The position numbers and the translations under genes were made by a program. This document shows positions 1-9,600 of a stretch of DNA of 64,000 nucleotides, piece after piece. How positions within the stretch are numbered: position 1 is the first letter of the stretch; the number at the start of each line of letters is the position of its first letter. Below the pieces are notes generated by a model, which saw nothing but the letters and a program-made list of their open reading frames with translations, had not been told where the DNA came from and searched no databases. The stretch comes from Variibacter sp. (lineage in GTDB: Bacteria; Pseudomonadota; Alphaproteobacteria; Rhizobiales; Xanthobacteraceae), in contig JBFWXB010000020.1 of assembly GCA_050187875.1 (NCBI GenBank), positions 9,872 through 73,871 of the forward strand, written 5' to 3'.

Positions 1-746
1 ACCGGGTGGCGCTGGCGATTGGTGACGATGGCGTCCGGGCCGGTGTCGCCCAATTCGACATCCTCGACATTCTCTTGGACGAAAAGGCCGCCATTGGCGA
101 TGAACCGGCGCATCAGCGCCTTGGTCACCGCGAGCGGGTTTGCCGTCTTCACCGAGTCGGGGAGGAAAACGCCGCGATGGAAAATCGGCGCGAGCGCCGG
201 TTCGAGCTGGCGCAGTTCCTCCGGCGGCAGGTCGACGACCTCGACGCCACGTCTGCGGCGAAGATCGTGCCACGGCTTCGCCGACGCGTAAGATTGCGGC
301 GTCTCATAGACGTAAAGCTCGCCGGCGTTGGACAGGAGATCGAGAGCGTCGGCGTCGCGCAGCAGCATGCGATAGCTCTCCGCCGCGTGATCGAGGATCG
401 CTTGCAGCGCCACCGATGCCTGCTCGACGCGGCTGGGGCGCGCGGCGGCGACGAAGCGCAAGAGATACGGCAGGAGCGAGGGCAAATGCCGCCAGCGGAT
501 GATCAGCGGACCGTCCGGGTCCATGAGCATCTTCGGCACTTGCCGCAGCACGCCGGGCGTCGCGATCGGAACGCAGGAGCCGGTCTGGATGAGGCCGCCA
601 TTGCCGAAGGAGCAGCCCATGCCCGGCTCGTCGCGATCGACGAGCGTCACGGCATGGCCCTGCCGCTGTAGAAAAGCGGCGGCACACACGCCGACGACGC
701 CGGCGCCGATGATCGTCACGCCCTGAGGTTTGGCGGCCTGCTCCAT
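1..746 (-). CDS. FAD-dependent oxidoreductase, D-amino-acid dehydrogenase (DadA)-like; 3' end runs off the window
   Basis: Absent from the ORF track because it is open at the window edge. My translation from the ATG (complement of 744-746) reads MEQAAKPQGVTIIGAGVVGVCAAAFLQRQGHAVTLVDRDEPGMGCSFGNGGLIQTGS. This gives a GxGxxG FAD Rossmann fold plus the SFGNGG motif shared with the 20555-21808 paralog. Confidence 0.75.
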   Translation of the reverse strand, partial: MEQAAKPQGVTIIGAGVVGVCAAAFLQRQGHAVTLVDRDEPGMGCSFGNGGLIQTGSCVPIATPGVLRQVPKMLMDPDGPLIIRWRHLPSLLPYLLRFVAAARPSRVEQASVALQAILDHAAESYRMLLRDADALDLLSNAGELYVYETPQSYASAKPWHDLRRRRGVEVVDLPPEELRQLEPALAPIFHRGVFLPDSVKTANPLAVTKALMRRFIANGGLFVQENVEDVELGDTGPDAIVTNRQRHP

Positions 747-763
747 GATTTTTTCGCTCTTTG

Positions 764-2776
764 CTAGCGGCGGATGCACGCCTTGAAATGGCCCTGGCGC
801 GCCTCTTCCAGCGGAGGGACGATCTGCGCGCAATCGGGCACGGCGAGCGCGCAGCGCGTTCGGAAGACGCAGCCCGATGGCGGATTGATCGGGCTTGGAA
901 TCTCGCCCTTCAACAGGATGCGCTGACGCTTGAGCTTCGGGTCAGGGATCGGAACACCGGAGAGGAGCGCTTCCGTGTACGGGTGGATCGGATTGGCATA
1001 GAGCTCCTTCGCCGGCGCGATCTCCATGATCTTTCCGAGATACATCACGATCACCCGGTCGCTGAAATATTCGACAACGCTCAGATCGTGGGCGATGAAA
1101 AGAAGCGTGAGGCCGAGCTCCTCCTTCAGGTCCTGCAGCAAATTCACGACCTGCGCCTGGATCGACACGTCGAGCGCCGATACAGGCTCGTCGGCGATGA
1201 TGAATTTCGGATCGACAGCGAGCGCGCGGGCAATGCCGATCCGCTGGCGCTGGCCGCCGGAGAATTCGTGCGGATAGCGATGCATGTGATCTGCTGACAT
1301 GCCGACCCGCTCGAGAAGATCGACGATGCGCGCGCGCCGCGCCTTTCCCTTCGCGAGGCCATGGATGTCGAGGGCTTCGCCGATCGCGTCGCCAATGGTG
1401 ATGCGCGGATTGAGCGAGGCGAAGGGGTCCTGGAAGATGATCTGCATCTCCTTGGCGAGCTCGCGCTGCTCCGCCTTCGATGCTTTCGTGATGTCCCTGC
1501 CCTTGAAGCGGATTTTGCCGCCGGTCGGCTCGACGAGATGAAGGATGGCGCGGCCGGCCGTCGTCTTGCCCGAGCCCGATTCACCGACCAGCCCGACGAC
1601 CTCCCCCTCGTGAACGGTGAAGGAGACGTCCTGCACCGCTTTTACATTGGCGACCACGCGCGAGAACACGCCGCCACGGACCGGAAAATACGCGCGCAGG
1701 TCCTTGACCTCGACCAGCGGCTTGCCGGCGGCGATGTCCTTGCGTGGCGGCTTGTGTGCCACCGAAACGGTCGCCGCCGCGGCGGAGAGATCGTTCCAGC
1801 GCCAGCAGCGTGACATGTGGCCGCCCCCGGTATCCTCGAGCGGCGGCGCCTCGACTTTGCAGCGGTCTACGACGTAGCGGCAGCGCGGGTTGAAAGCGCA
1901 GCCGGCCGGTAGCGCGGCCGGGTTCGGCACATTGCCGGGAATGGCGCGCAGCCGCTCCTGGCGCAGCGCCGCCTTGTCGACGCGCGGGACGGAATCGATG
2001 AGGCCGAGCGTGTAGGGCATCTTCGGCGCAGCGAAAATCGCGTCGACGCTCGCCTCCTCAACCGCCTGCCCCGCATACATCACCAGAACCCGGTCGGCGA
2101 TCTCCGCCACGACGCCGAGGTCATGCGTGATGAACAGCATGCTCATATTGGTTTCTTTTTGCAGCTTGCGCATCAGGTCGAGGATCTGCGCCTGGATAGT
2201 CACGTCGAGCGCCGTGGTCGGCTCATCGGCGATCAAGAGCTTGGGCCCGCAGGAGAGCGCCATCGCGATCATCGCCCGCTGCCGCATGCCGCCCGACATC
2301 TGATGCGGAAAGCTCTCCGCCCGCCGCGCCGGCTCCGGAATACCGACAAGCTCGAGCATCTCGATCGCCGCGCGCATCGCCTGCGGGCGGCTTTTGCCCT
2401 GATGCAGGATGATCGTCTCGGCGATCTGGTCTCCGATGGTGAAGACCGGATTGAGGCTCGTCATCGGCTCCTGGAAGATCATCGAGATGTCGTTGCCGCG
2501 AATCCGGCGCATCGCGCGCTCGCTCTTTCGCAGCAGGTCTTCACCCTGGAAGATGACCTTTCCACCGGCGAAACGACCGGGCGGCTGGGCGATCAATTGC
2601 ATGATCGACATGCTCATGACCGACTTGCCGGAGCCGGATTCGCCGACCACCGCCAGCGTCTCGCCGCGATCGAGATGAAAGCTGACACCGTCGACGGCTT
2701 TGACCGGATCGGCCTCCGTATCGAAGTAGGTCTTGAGGTCTTGAACCTCGAGGAGTCGTTCCGTCTTCGCCATCAT
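764..2776 (-). CDS. Fused two-domain ABC transporter ATP-binding protein, dipeptide/oligopeptide (DppD-DppF/GsiA-like) type
   Basis: 670-aa ORF. Two Walker A motifs ([16 protein letters not shown]), two ABC signatures ([16 protein letters not shown]) and two Walker B motifs ([24 protein letters not shown]). Two oligopeptide-type C-terminal Cys motifs ([16 protein letters not shown]). Confidence 0.95.
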   Translation of the reverse strand: MMAKTERLLEVQDLKTYFDTEADPVKAVDGVSFHLDRGETLAVVGESGSGKSVMSMSIMQLIAQPPGRFAGGKVIFQGEDLLRKSERAMRRIRGNDISMIFQEPMTSLNPVFTIGDQIAETIILHQGKSRPQAMRAAIEMLELVGIPEPARRAESFPHQMSGGMRQRAMIAMALSCGPKLLIADEPTTALDVTIQAQILDLMRKLQKETNMSMLFITHDLGVVAEIADRVLVMYAGQAVEEASVDAIFAAPKMPYTLGLIDSVPRVDKAALRQERLRAIPGNVPNPAALPAGCAFNPRCRYVVDRCKVEAPPLEDTGGGHMSRCWRWNDLSAAAATVSVAHKPPRKDIAAGKPLVEVKDLRAYFPVRGGVFSRVVANVKAVQDVSFTVHEGEVVGLVGESGSGKTTAGRAILHLVEPTGGKIRFKGRDITKASKAEQRELAKEMQIIFQDPFASLNPRITIGDAIGEALDIHGLAKGKARRARIVDLLERVGMSADHMHRYPHEFSGGQRQRIGIARALAVDPKFIIADEPVSALDVSIQAQVVNLLQDLKEELGLTLLFIAHDLSVVEYFSDRVIVMYLGKIMEIAPAKELYANPIHPYTEALLSGVPIPDPKLKRQRILLKGEIPSPINPPSGCVFRTRCALAVPDCAQIVPPLEEARQGHFKACIRR

Positions 2777-3036
2777 CCCTCACACTCCGGCGCGCGCAAC
2801 TTCACAGAAACGCGCTGCCGGCGCACCACATTATTCCGCCGCATCGCGGTCGCCAGGCCGGCAGCAAGCCGAACCACCAGTTGCATCATCACCGCGTTCC
2901 GACCTCGGACTGCATCGCACGTCTGCGATCCTCTCGTATAGACTTTGCCATAGACAGGTGAGATGAGTTGGTGTTGGCTCATTATTGCATGCCGATGCAT
3001 GCCACGGTCTGGAAACTTCTTTTAGGAAATTGTGTG

Positions 3037-3966
3037 ATGGCAGGGGAACGACCCCGACTGATCTTCTTCAACGATAAGAACGTTCCCTACGACGAGGCGA
3101 AGGTTCACGTCCTTACGACCGCCTTCAAATACGCCGCGACAATCTATGAAGGCATTCGCGCGTATCATAACGAGGAGACGAACCAGCTCTACGTCTTTCG
3201 GCTGAAAGAGCATCTCGAGCGGCTGGCGCATTCGGCGGCGATCGCGCGTATCCCACTCCCTTACGATTCCGATCAGCTCACCAAAATCCTGGTTCGCCTC
3301 ATCCGTGAGAACGGGCTGCGTAAGGACCTGCATATCCGCCTCTCGGCTTACGTCGGCGAAGACGACGGCAAGCTCGACTCGATCGGGCCGGTCGGCCTGA
3401 CCATCGCGACCATCCCGATGGGGCGTTATGACGCAATCGCGCCGAGTGAGGGCCTCCGCGTGTGCGTCAGCTCGTGGCGGCGCATCGGCGACGAGGCGAT
3501 GCCGCCGCGCATCAAGACCGTCGGCAACTATCATAACAGCCGGCTCGCGCTGCTCGACGCGCGCGCCGCGGGTTTCCAGGACGCGATCCTGCTCGACCAG
3601 CGCGGCAAGGTCACCGAAGGGCCCGGCTACAACATCTTCATCATCCGCGATGGCAAGGTGCTGACGCCGCCGGTCACCTACGGCATCCTCGAAGGCGTCA
3701 CGCGCGATACGCTGATCCGCCTGTTTCCGCATTTCCACAAGCTGCCGGTGGTCGAGCGCGAGATCGACCGCACCGAGCTTTACGTCGCGCAGGAAGCCTT
3801 CTTCTGCGGCAGCGGCAAGGAGGTCACGCCGATCGGCTCCATCGATCATCGCCCGCTCGCAAACGGCGGGATCGGGCGCTGGACCGAAGCGATCCGCAAG
3901 ACCTATTTCGACGTGGCGAAAGGCCGGCACAAAGAATTCGAAAGCTGGCTGACTCCGGTCTACTGA
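3037..3966 (+). CDS. Fold-type IV PLP aminotransferase (branched-chain / D-amino-acid aminotransferase family)
   Basis: ORF 2968-3966 trimmed to ATG 3037 (AGGAA about 8 nt upstream). Motifs: PRIKTVGNYHNSRLA (candidate PLP lysine), TEGPGYNIFIIRDG, GILEGVTRD. About 309 aa, typical for the family. Confidence 0.85.
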   Translation: MAGERPRLIFFNDKNVPYDEAKVHVLTTAFKYAATIYEGIRAYHNEETNQLYVFRLKEHLERLAHSAAIARIPLPYDSDQLTKILVRLIRENGLRKDLHIRLSAYVGEDDGKLDSIGPVGLTIATIPMGRYDAIAPSEGLRVCVSSWRRIGDEAMPPRIKTVGNYHNSRLALLDARAAGFQDAILLDQRGKVTEGPGYNIFIIRDGKVLTPPVTYGILEGVTRDTLIRLFPHFHKLPVVEREIDRTELYVAQEAFFCGSGKEVTPIGSIDHRPLANGGIGRWTEAIRKTYFDVAKGRHKEFESWLTPVY

Positions 3967-4003
3967 ACTGACGCGCGCAAACGCGCATAAGAGGGGACGT
4001 GCG

Positions 4004-5563
4004 ATGACAGATAGAATGAAATCGTTGGGGCGCGCGGCGGTGCTCGCGTCCGCCGTGAGCTTGTTGTGCCTCGCGCCGGCGGGCGCGCAACCGACGGGGC
4101 AGCTTGTCATCGCCCAGGGTACCGATGCGGTAACCATGGACCCGGGTAACACGACGCAGATGACGGCGATGCAGCCGTTCAACTTCGTCTACGAGAAGCT
4201 GCTCAACCGCGACAAGGACATGAAGCTCATTCCGGAACTTGCGGAAAGCTGGAAGTCTGTCGACGACGTGACCTGGGAAATCAAGCTGCGCAAGGGCGTG
4301 AAATTCCACAATGGCGAGGACTTCAACGCCGACTCCGTGAAATTCACGCTCGACCGCCTGCGGATCGCCGGCACGACGGCGGTCTCCGGCGGCTTCACGA
4401 CCATCGACAGCGTCACCATCGTCGATCCAGCGACGGTGCGGATCGTGACCAAGAAGCCCGATCCGCTCCTTCCCGCGCGTCTGGCGCAGTGGGGCGCGCA
4501 GATGCTGCCGGCCGGCTACTTCAAGGAAGTCGGCGCGGAAGGCGTGGCGCGCAAAGCCATGGGCACCGGTCCGTATCGCTTCGCCGAGTGGCGCAAGGAC
4601 GACCGGCTGGTTTTCGAGGCCAACCCGAACTACTGGGGCGAGAAGCCGAAGTTCGCTCGCGTTATCTTCCGGCCGATCCCGGATGAGTTCGCGCGGGTCT
4701 CCGCCCTCATGTCCGGCGACGTCGACATGGTCGTCAATATCCCGGTCGACTTCGTCGACAAGGTGAAGGGCAGCGGCTCGACTTATCTGTCGCAGACCTA
4801 TGCCAGCGCGACCGACGTTTTCCTCTTGGGCAACGACGAAGCGCTGAAGAAGCGCGAGGTGCGCCTCGCGCTCAACCTTGCGATCGACCGCAAGGCGATG
4901 ATCAACACGCTGTTCCGCGGCTTCGCCCGGCCGATCGCGCAAGGCGCCGCGCCGACCGATTTCGGCTACAACCCGAACATCAAGGACTACCCCTACGATC
5001 CCGAGCGGGCCAAGAAGCTGCTGGCCGAAGCCGGCTACGCGAAGGGTCTGAGCCTCACCGTGCAAAGCAGCAACGGCTACATCCTCGGCGACACGCTGAT
5101 TGTCGAGGCCGTGGTCGAAATGCTGAAGAAGGTCGGCGTCGACGCGCAGCCGCGCGTGCTCGAAATCGCGCGCCGCGCCGAAATGCTCGGCAAGAAGCAA
5201 GTCACCGGCATGCTGCTCGCCAACCCGGGCAGCACGCTGTTCGACGCCGACGGCATCGTCTGGCGGCTGCTGCGGCCCGACGGACTGGCCGGCGTCTACT
5301 GGCCGCGCGGCCAGGAAGGCACCGACCTCTTCAAGCTCATGGAGGAAGCGCGCTACACGATCGACGAGACCAAGCGCCGCGAGCTCTATTACAAGGCGGC
5401 GGAGATCTTGCACGACGATCCGCCGTGGCTCTATCTGTGGCAGGAATTCTTCCTCTACGGCGTGAGCTGCCGTGTCTCCTTCGACGCGCGCGTCGACACC
5501 ATGATCCTGCCCGCCTCGATTTCGCCCGACACGGCGAAAAAGGGCGGAGGTCATTGCAAGTAA
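4004..5563 (+). CDS. ABC transporter substrate-binding protein, family 5 (peptide/nickel/opine type)
   Basis: 519 aa with a signal peptide (AAVLASAVSLLCLAPAGAQP). DppA/OppA-like pattern (VTMDPG, NPNYWGEKPKF, DPPWLYLW). Confidence 0.9.
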   Translation: MTDRMKSLGRAAVLASAVSLLCLAPAGAQPTGQLVIAQGTDAVTMDPGNTTQMTAMQPFNFVYEKLLNRDKDMKLIPELAESWKSVDDVTWEIKLRKGVKFHNGEDFNADSVKFTLDRLRIAGTTAVSGGFTTIDSVTIVDPATVRIVTKKPDPLLPARLAQWGAQMLPAGYFKEVGAEGVARKAMGTGPYRFAEWRKDDRLVFEANPNYWGEKPKFARVIFRPIPDEFARVSALMSGDVDMVVNIPVDFVDKVKGSGSTYLSQTYASATDVFLLGNDEALKKREVRLALNLAIDRKAMINTLFRGFARPIAQGAAPTDFGYNPNIKDYPYDPERAKKLLAEAGYAKGLSLTVQSSNGYILGDTLIVEAVVEMLKKVGVDAQPRVLEIARRAEMLGKKQVTGMLLANPGSTLFDADGIVWRLLRPDGLAGVYWPRGQEGTDLFKLMEEARYTIDETKRRELYYKAAEILHDDPPWLYLWQEFFLYGVSCRVSFDARVDTMILPASISPDTAKKGGGHCK

Positions 5564-5638
5564 AGCGGATGCGGGAACGCTGGCGCGGCTGATGCTGCGC
5601 CAGCCGCGATATTCGCATGGACTCATGCGGCATGAGCC

Positions 5639-6502
5639 GTGGACTCATGCCGAGACGAGGGTCGAGTGTTTCGGAGACGATATCTCAAGATCGCGGTTCC
5701 GATCGTTGTGCTTCTGGCGGTCGTCACGGTCGCGATTCTGGCGCCGAGCCTCGCTCCCTTCGATCCGACCGCGCAGCACCTCATGCTGCGGCTGCGGCCG
5801 CCGAGCTGGATCGTGGGCGGTGACCCGCGATTCTTCCTCGGCACCGATCATCTCGGCCGCGATATCCTGAGCCGCCTGTTCTATGGCGCGCGCGTATCCC
5901 TTCCCATCGCACTCGCCGCCACCACGACCGGCGCCGTGATCGGCATCACGCTCGGCCTTCTCTCCGGCTATTTCCGCGGCATCGTCGATAGCATCGTTAC
6001 CAAGCTGATCGACATTCAGCTCTCGTTTCCCTTCATTCTCTTTGCCATCGCCGTGATCGCGATATCGGGGCCGAAGGTCTACATGCTCATCCTCGTTCTC
6101 GCGGCGCGCAGCTGGACGACCTTCGCCCGCGTTGTGCGTGGCGAGACCTTCGTGATCGGCGGCAACGATTATGTCGTCGCGGCGCGCGCGCTCGGCGCGA
6201 CGCAGCCGCGCGTGATCCTGCGCCACATCTTGCCGAACATCCTGCCGCTTGCGGTCGTCATCGGCACGCTCGACATCGGCGCGCTGATCATCCTCGAATC
6301 GACGCTGAGCTTTCTCGGCCTCGGCGTGCAGCCGCCGACCGTGAGCTGGGGCCGGGAGCTGAGCGAAGCGCGCCAATACATTCAGCTCGCCTGGTGGACC
6401 ACCACCTTTCCCGGGCTCGCGCTCCTCGTCGTCGTCCTCTTCGTCAACCTCTTGGGCGACGGATTGCGCGACATCCTCGATCCGCGGCTAAGGGCGCGAT
6501 GA
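5639..6502 (+). CDS. ABC transporter permease (DppC/OppC type)
   Basis: 287 aa, multi-TM. N-terminal LAPSLAPFDP motif and EAA loop AARALGATQPRVILRHILPN. Confidence 0.9.
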   Translation: MDSCRDEGRVFRRRYLKIAVPIVVLLAVVTVAILAPSLAPFDPTAQHLMLRLRPPSWIVGGDPRFFLGTDHLGRDILSRLFYGARVSLPIALAATTTGAVIGITLGLLSGYFRGIVDSIVTKLIDIQLSFPFILFAIAVIAISGPKVYMLILVLAARSWTTFARVVRGETFVIGGNDYVVAARALGATQPRVILRHILPNILPLAVVIGTLDIGALIILESTLSFLGLGVQPPTVSWGRELSEARQYIQLAWWTTTFPGLALLVVVLFVNLLGDGLRDILDPRLRAR

Positions 6503-7416
6503 CACGATTGACGCAGCGCCTGTTTCATTTCGCGATCGTCATCTTCGGCGTGACGACGCTGGTCTTCGTCGCGCTGCGCATGACCGGCGATCCCGCCCTG
6601 ATGCTCCTCCCCGGCGATCCGACGCCGGAAGATATTCGCCTCGCGCGCGAGAAGCTCGGCGTCGACAAGCCGCTGATGACGCAATACGTGGTCTTCGTCG
6701 GCAACGCCTTCCGCGGACATTTCGGGACGTCGTTCCAGCACGGTGTCGACGCGACCGAGCTTGTCTTCGAGCGCTTGCCGGCAACGGCGGCGCTCGCCGG
6801 CAGCGCCTTGCTGCTCGCCGCCGCCTTCGCCATCCCGTTCGGCATTCTCGCCGCGGTCTACCGCGGCACGGTCATCGACCTTCTCGTCATGGTGCTCGCT
6901 GTGATCGGGCAAGGCGTGCCGTTCTTCTGGCTCGGCCTGATGCTGATCCTCATCTTCGGCGTCGAGCTGAGATGGTTTCCCACGGGCGGCTATGGCGGCT
7001 GGCAGCATCTCGTTCTGCCGAGTCTCACGCTCGCCGGCTATATCGCGGCGAGCACAGCGCGGCTCGCGCGCTCGAGTATGCTCGAAGTGCTCGGCCGCGA
7101 CTATATGCGCACGGCGCGCGCCAAAGGGCTCGCGCTGCACGTCGTCGTGCTCAAGCACGGCCTTCGCAATGCGGCCATTCCGCTCATCACCTTCCTCGGG
7201 CTACAGATGGGCCTGCTGCTCGGAGGAACCGTGGTGGTCGAGGAGATTTTCGGCTGGCCCGGCGTCGGACGATTGCTCCTTCAGGCGATCTCCTATCGCG
7301 ACTATCCCGTCGTGCAGGCCGCAACGTTCATCCTCGCGATGATCTTCGTGCTCGTGAATATCCTCGTCGATCTCATCTATGCCGTGCTCGATCCGAGGAT
7401 TCGCGATCAGCGCTGA
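6499..7416 (+). CDS. ABC transporter permease (DppB/OppB type)
   Basis: ORF 6394-7416 trimmed to ATG 6499, which overlaps the upstream stop (ATGA). N-terminus MTRLTQRLFHFAIVIFGVTTLVFVALRMTGDP; EAA loop TARAKGLALHVVVLKHGLRNA. Confidence 0.9.
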   Translation: MTRLTQRLFHFAIVIFGVTTLVFVALRMTGDPALMLLPGDPTPEDIRLAREKLGVDKPLMTQYVVFVGNAFRGHFGTSFQHGVDATELVFERLPATAALAGSALLLAAAFAIPFGILAAVYRGTVIDLLVMVLAVIGQGVPFFWLGLMLILIFGVELRWFPTGGYGGWQHLVLPSLTLAGYIAASTARLARSSMLEVLGRDYMRTARAKGLALHVVVLKHGLRNAAIPLITFLGLQMGLLLGGTVVVEEIFGWPGVGRLLLQAISYRDYPVVQAATFILAMIFVLVNILVDLIYAVLDPRIRDQR

Positions 7417-7449
7417 ATTCGTTCGTCATCATTTTCTGGAGATTTGCGC

Positions 7450-8682
7450 ATGGACTCGTGGGCCGGCTTCAAAAGCCACGTCACCCATCTCGAATGCAGC
7501 GCGACCGGCGAGCGCTACGCGGCTGGCCAGCCGCACAACCTTTCCAAGGCCGGGAAGCCCCTGCTGGTCCGCTACGATCTGCCGGCGATCGCCCGCGTCG
7601 TCCGCCGCGACGACTTGCGGGACCGCACGCCTGATTTCTGGCGCTACCGCGAATTCCTTCCCGTTCCCCGCGCCGCCGATGTCGTGAGCCTCGGCGAGGA
7701 AATGACGCCGCTCGTTTCGCTCAATACGACGAGCGCGCAATTCGGCGGCGGCGAGCTTCTGGTCAAGGACGAAGGCCGCCTGCCGACGGCATCGTTCAAG
7801 GCGCGCGGCATGGCGGTCGCAGTCTCGATGGCAAAATCATTCGGCACCAAGCAGATGGCGCTCCCGACCGTCGGCAGCGGCGGCGCTTCCTTCGTCGCCT
7901 ATTGCCGGCGCGCCGGCATCGACCCTTACGTCTTCTGCCCGGAGGATTCGCCGGCCCTGACGATGGGCGAGATCGCGTTCTACGGCGACAAGTTCTTCGC
8001 GGTGAAAGGCGCGCTCGAGGATTGCAACCGCCTTGTCGGCGAGGGCTGCGAGCGTATGGGATGGTTCAACATCTCGACGCTCAAGGAGCCGTATCGCATC
8101 GAAGGCAAGAAGACGATGGGCCTCGAGCTCGCGGAGCAACTCGGCTGGGAGCTGCCCGACGTCATCTTCTATCCGACCGGCGGCGGCACCGGCTTCATCG
8201 GCATGTGGAAGGCCTTCGACGAGCTCGAGGCCGTCGGCTGGATCGGCAGCAAGCGGCCACGCATGGTCGCGGTGCAGACGACCGGCTGCTGTCCGATCGT
8301 CAAGGCCGCGGAGCAGGGCCACAAGGAGGTGCAGACGCCCTGGCCGGAGATTCGCACCAAGGTGCATGGCGTGCGCGTCGCCAAGCCGCTCGGCGATTTC
8401 CTCATCCTGCGCGTGGTCTATGAAAGTAAGGGCTTCGGCAGCGCCGTCAGCGATGAGGATGTAGAGCGCACGCGCGCCGCGATTGCTGTCGACGACGGCG
8501 TGATGCTCTCCCCGGAAGGGGCGGCCTGCGTCGCCGCTTACCGCGATGCCGTCACCAGCGGAAAGGTGAAGAAGAGCGAGCGCGCGGTCGTGTTCAACAC
8601 GGCGACGGGGCTACGCAGCCCCATGGGACCGATCAAGCACCACATCGACCCGTCGCGGCCGGTCGACTACGCGAAGCTGTAA
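7450..8682 (+). CDS. Threonine-synthase-family PLP-dependent enzyme (paralog 1)
   Basis: ATG 7450 preceded by GGAG (7438-7441). PLP-lysine motif PTASFKARG; YPTGGGTGFIGMWKAF glycine-rich loop. Last gene of the plus-strand peptide-transporter string. Confidence 0.8.
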   Translation: MDSWAGFKSHVTHLECSATGERYAAGQPHNLSKAGKPLLVRYDLPAIARVVRRDDLRDRTPDFWRYREFLPVPRAADVVSLGEEMTPLVSLNTTSAQFGGGELLVKDEGRLPTASFKARGMAVAVSMAKSFGTKQMALPTVGSGGASFVAYCRRAGIDPYVFCPEDSPALTMGEIAFYGDKFFAVKGALEDCNRLVGEGCERMGWFNISTLKEPYRIEGKKTMGLELAEQLGWELPDVIFYPTGGGTGFIGMWKAFDELEAVGWIGSKRPRMVAVQTTGCCPIVKAAEQGHKEVQTPWPEIRTKVHGVRVAKPLGDFLILRVVYESKGFGSAVSDEDVERTRAAIAVDDGVMLSPEGAACVAAYRDAVTSGKVKKSERAVVFNTATGLRSPMGPIKHHIDPSRPVDYAKL

Positions 8683-8741
8683 CGTCAGGCTCGGAATGCC
8701 GGTAAGAGTAAAGCCAGCCGGTGAACGAGCTATTGGCGCTC

Positions 8742-8798
8742 GTCCCCGCGAAAGCGGGGACCCATCAAATGGCACTGGATTCCCGCTTACGCGGGAAT
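8742..8798. repeat. Two adjacent REP-like hairpins, probable bidirectional terminator between convergent genes
   Basis: GTCCCCGC-GAAA-GCGGGGAC (8742-8761) and ATTCCCGC-TTAC-GCGGGAAT (8779-8798). Related copies lie at 61938-61955 and 62266-62333. Confidence 0.7.
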
Positions 8799-8829
8799 GA
8801 GCGGAGCAACAGCATCGCTCGCCGTCTCC

Positions 8830-9600
8830 TTAAAGCACCAGCTCGAGAAATTTCTGCGTGCGCGTGTGCTGGGGCGTGTCGAAAAGCTGGCTCGGCGGGC
8901 CCTCCTCGACGATCCGCCCGTGATCCATGAAGACGACACGGTCGGCGACCTCGCGCGCGAAGCCCATCTCATGCGTGACGACGACCATCGTCGTTCCGTC
9001 CTGCGCCAGCTCGCGGATGACGTTGAGGACTTCGCCGATCGCTTCCGGGTCGAGCGCGGAGGTCGGCTCATCGAAGAGGAGCACCGCGGGGCGCATCGCC
9101 AGGGCGCGCACGATTGCGACGCGCTGTTGCTGACCGCCGGAAAGGTTGGCCGGAAAATCTTCGGCCTTATGCGCAAGCCCCACGCGGTGCAGGAACTTGC
9201 GCGCGAACGCTTCGATCTCCTCTACCGGGTAAAGCCGTGCGCGGCGCGGCGCGAGGCAGATATTCTGCATCACCGTGAGATGCGGAAAGAGCGTGTAATC
9301 CTGAAACACCATGCCGACACGCTGGCGCACCAGACGCCATGCGGCGAGCGATCCGCGGTCGACACGCTTGCCCTCGACAACAATCTCGCCGTCATTGATC
9401 GCCTCGAGACCATTGAGGCAGCGCACCAGCGTGCTCTTGCCCGACCCCGAGGGGCCGATGACGACCAGGACCTCGCCCTGCCGGACCGTGATGTCGACGC
9501 CGTCGAGCGCGCGCAGGGCCTTGAATGCCTTCACGAGTCCCGACGCCTTCAGGATGACCGGGCTATCCGCCGGCGCGGCGCGGGACGGGTCAGTCGTCAC
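8830..9600 (-). CDS. Polar amino acid ABC transporter ATP-binding protein (GlnQ/HisP type)
   Basis: Walker [10 protein letters not shown], signature [15 protein letters not shown], Walker [12 protein letters not shown]. The start overlaps the upstream lyase stop by 4 nt. Confidence 0.95.
   Translation of the reverse strand: MTTDPSRAAPADSPVILKASGLVKAFKALRALDGVDITVRQGEVLVVIGPSGSGKSTLVRCLNGLEAINDGEIVVEGKRVDRGSLAAWRLVRQRVGMVFQDYTLFPHLTVMQNICLAPRRARLYPVEEIEAFARKFLHRVGLAHKAEDFPANLSGGQQQRVAIVRALAMRPAVLLFDEPTSALDPEAIGEVLNVIRELAQDGTTMVVVTHEMGFAREVADRVVFMDHGRIVEEGPPSQLFDTPQHTRTQKFLELVL

Noticed and set aside
6-671. 221-aa plus-strand ORF at the left edge
   Set aside because: It is a shadow of the minus-strand DadA-like gene, whose N-terminus (GAGVVGVCAAAFL...SFGNGG) is clear. 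The real gene is missing from the track only because it is open-ended.
3824-5626. 600-aa minus-strand ORF
   Set aside because: It is antisense to the family-5 SBP gene, which has a signal peptide and family motifs. This is typical high-GC shadow ORF composition.
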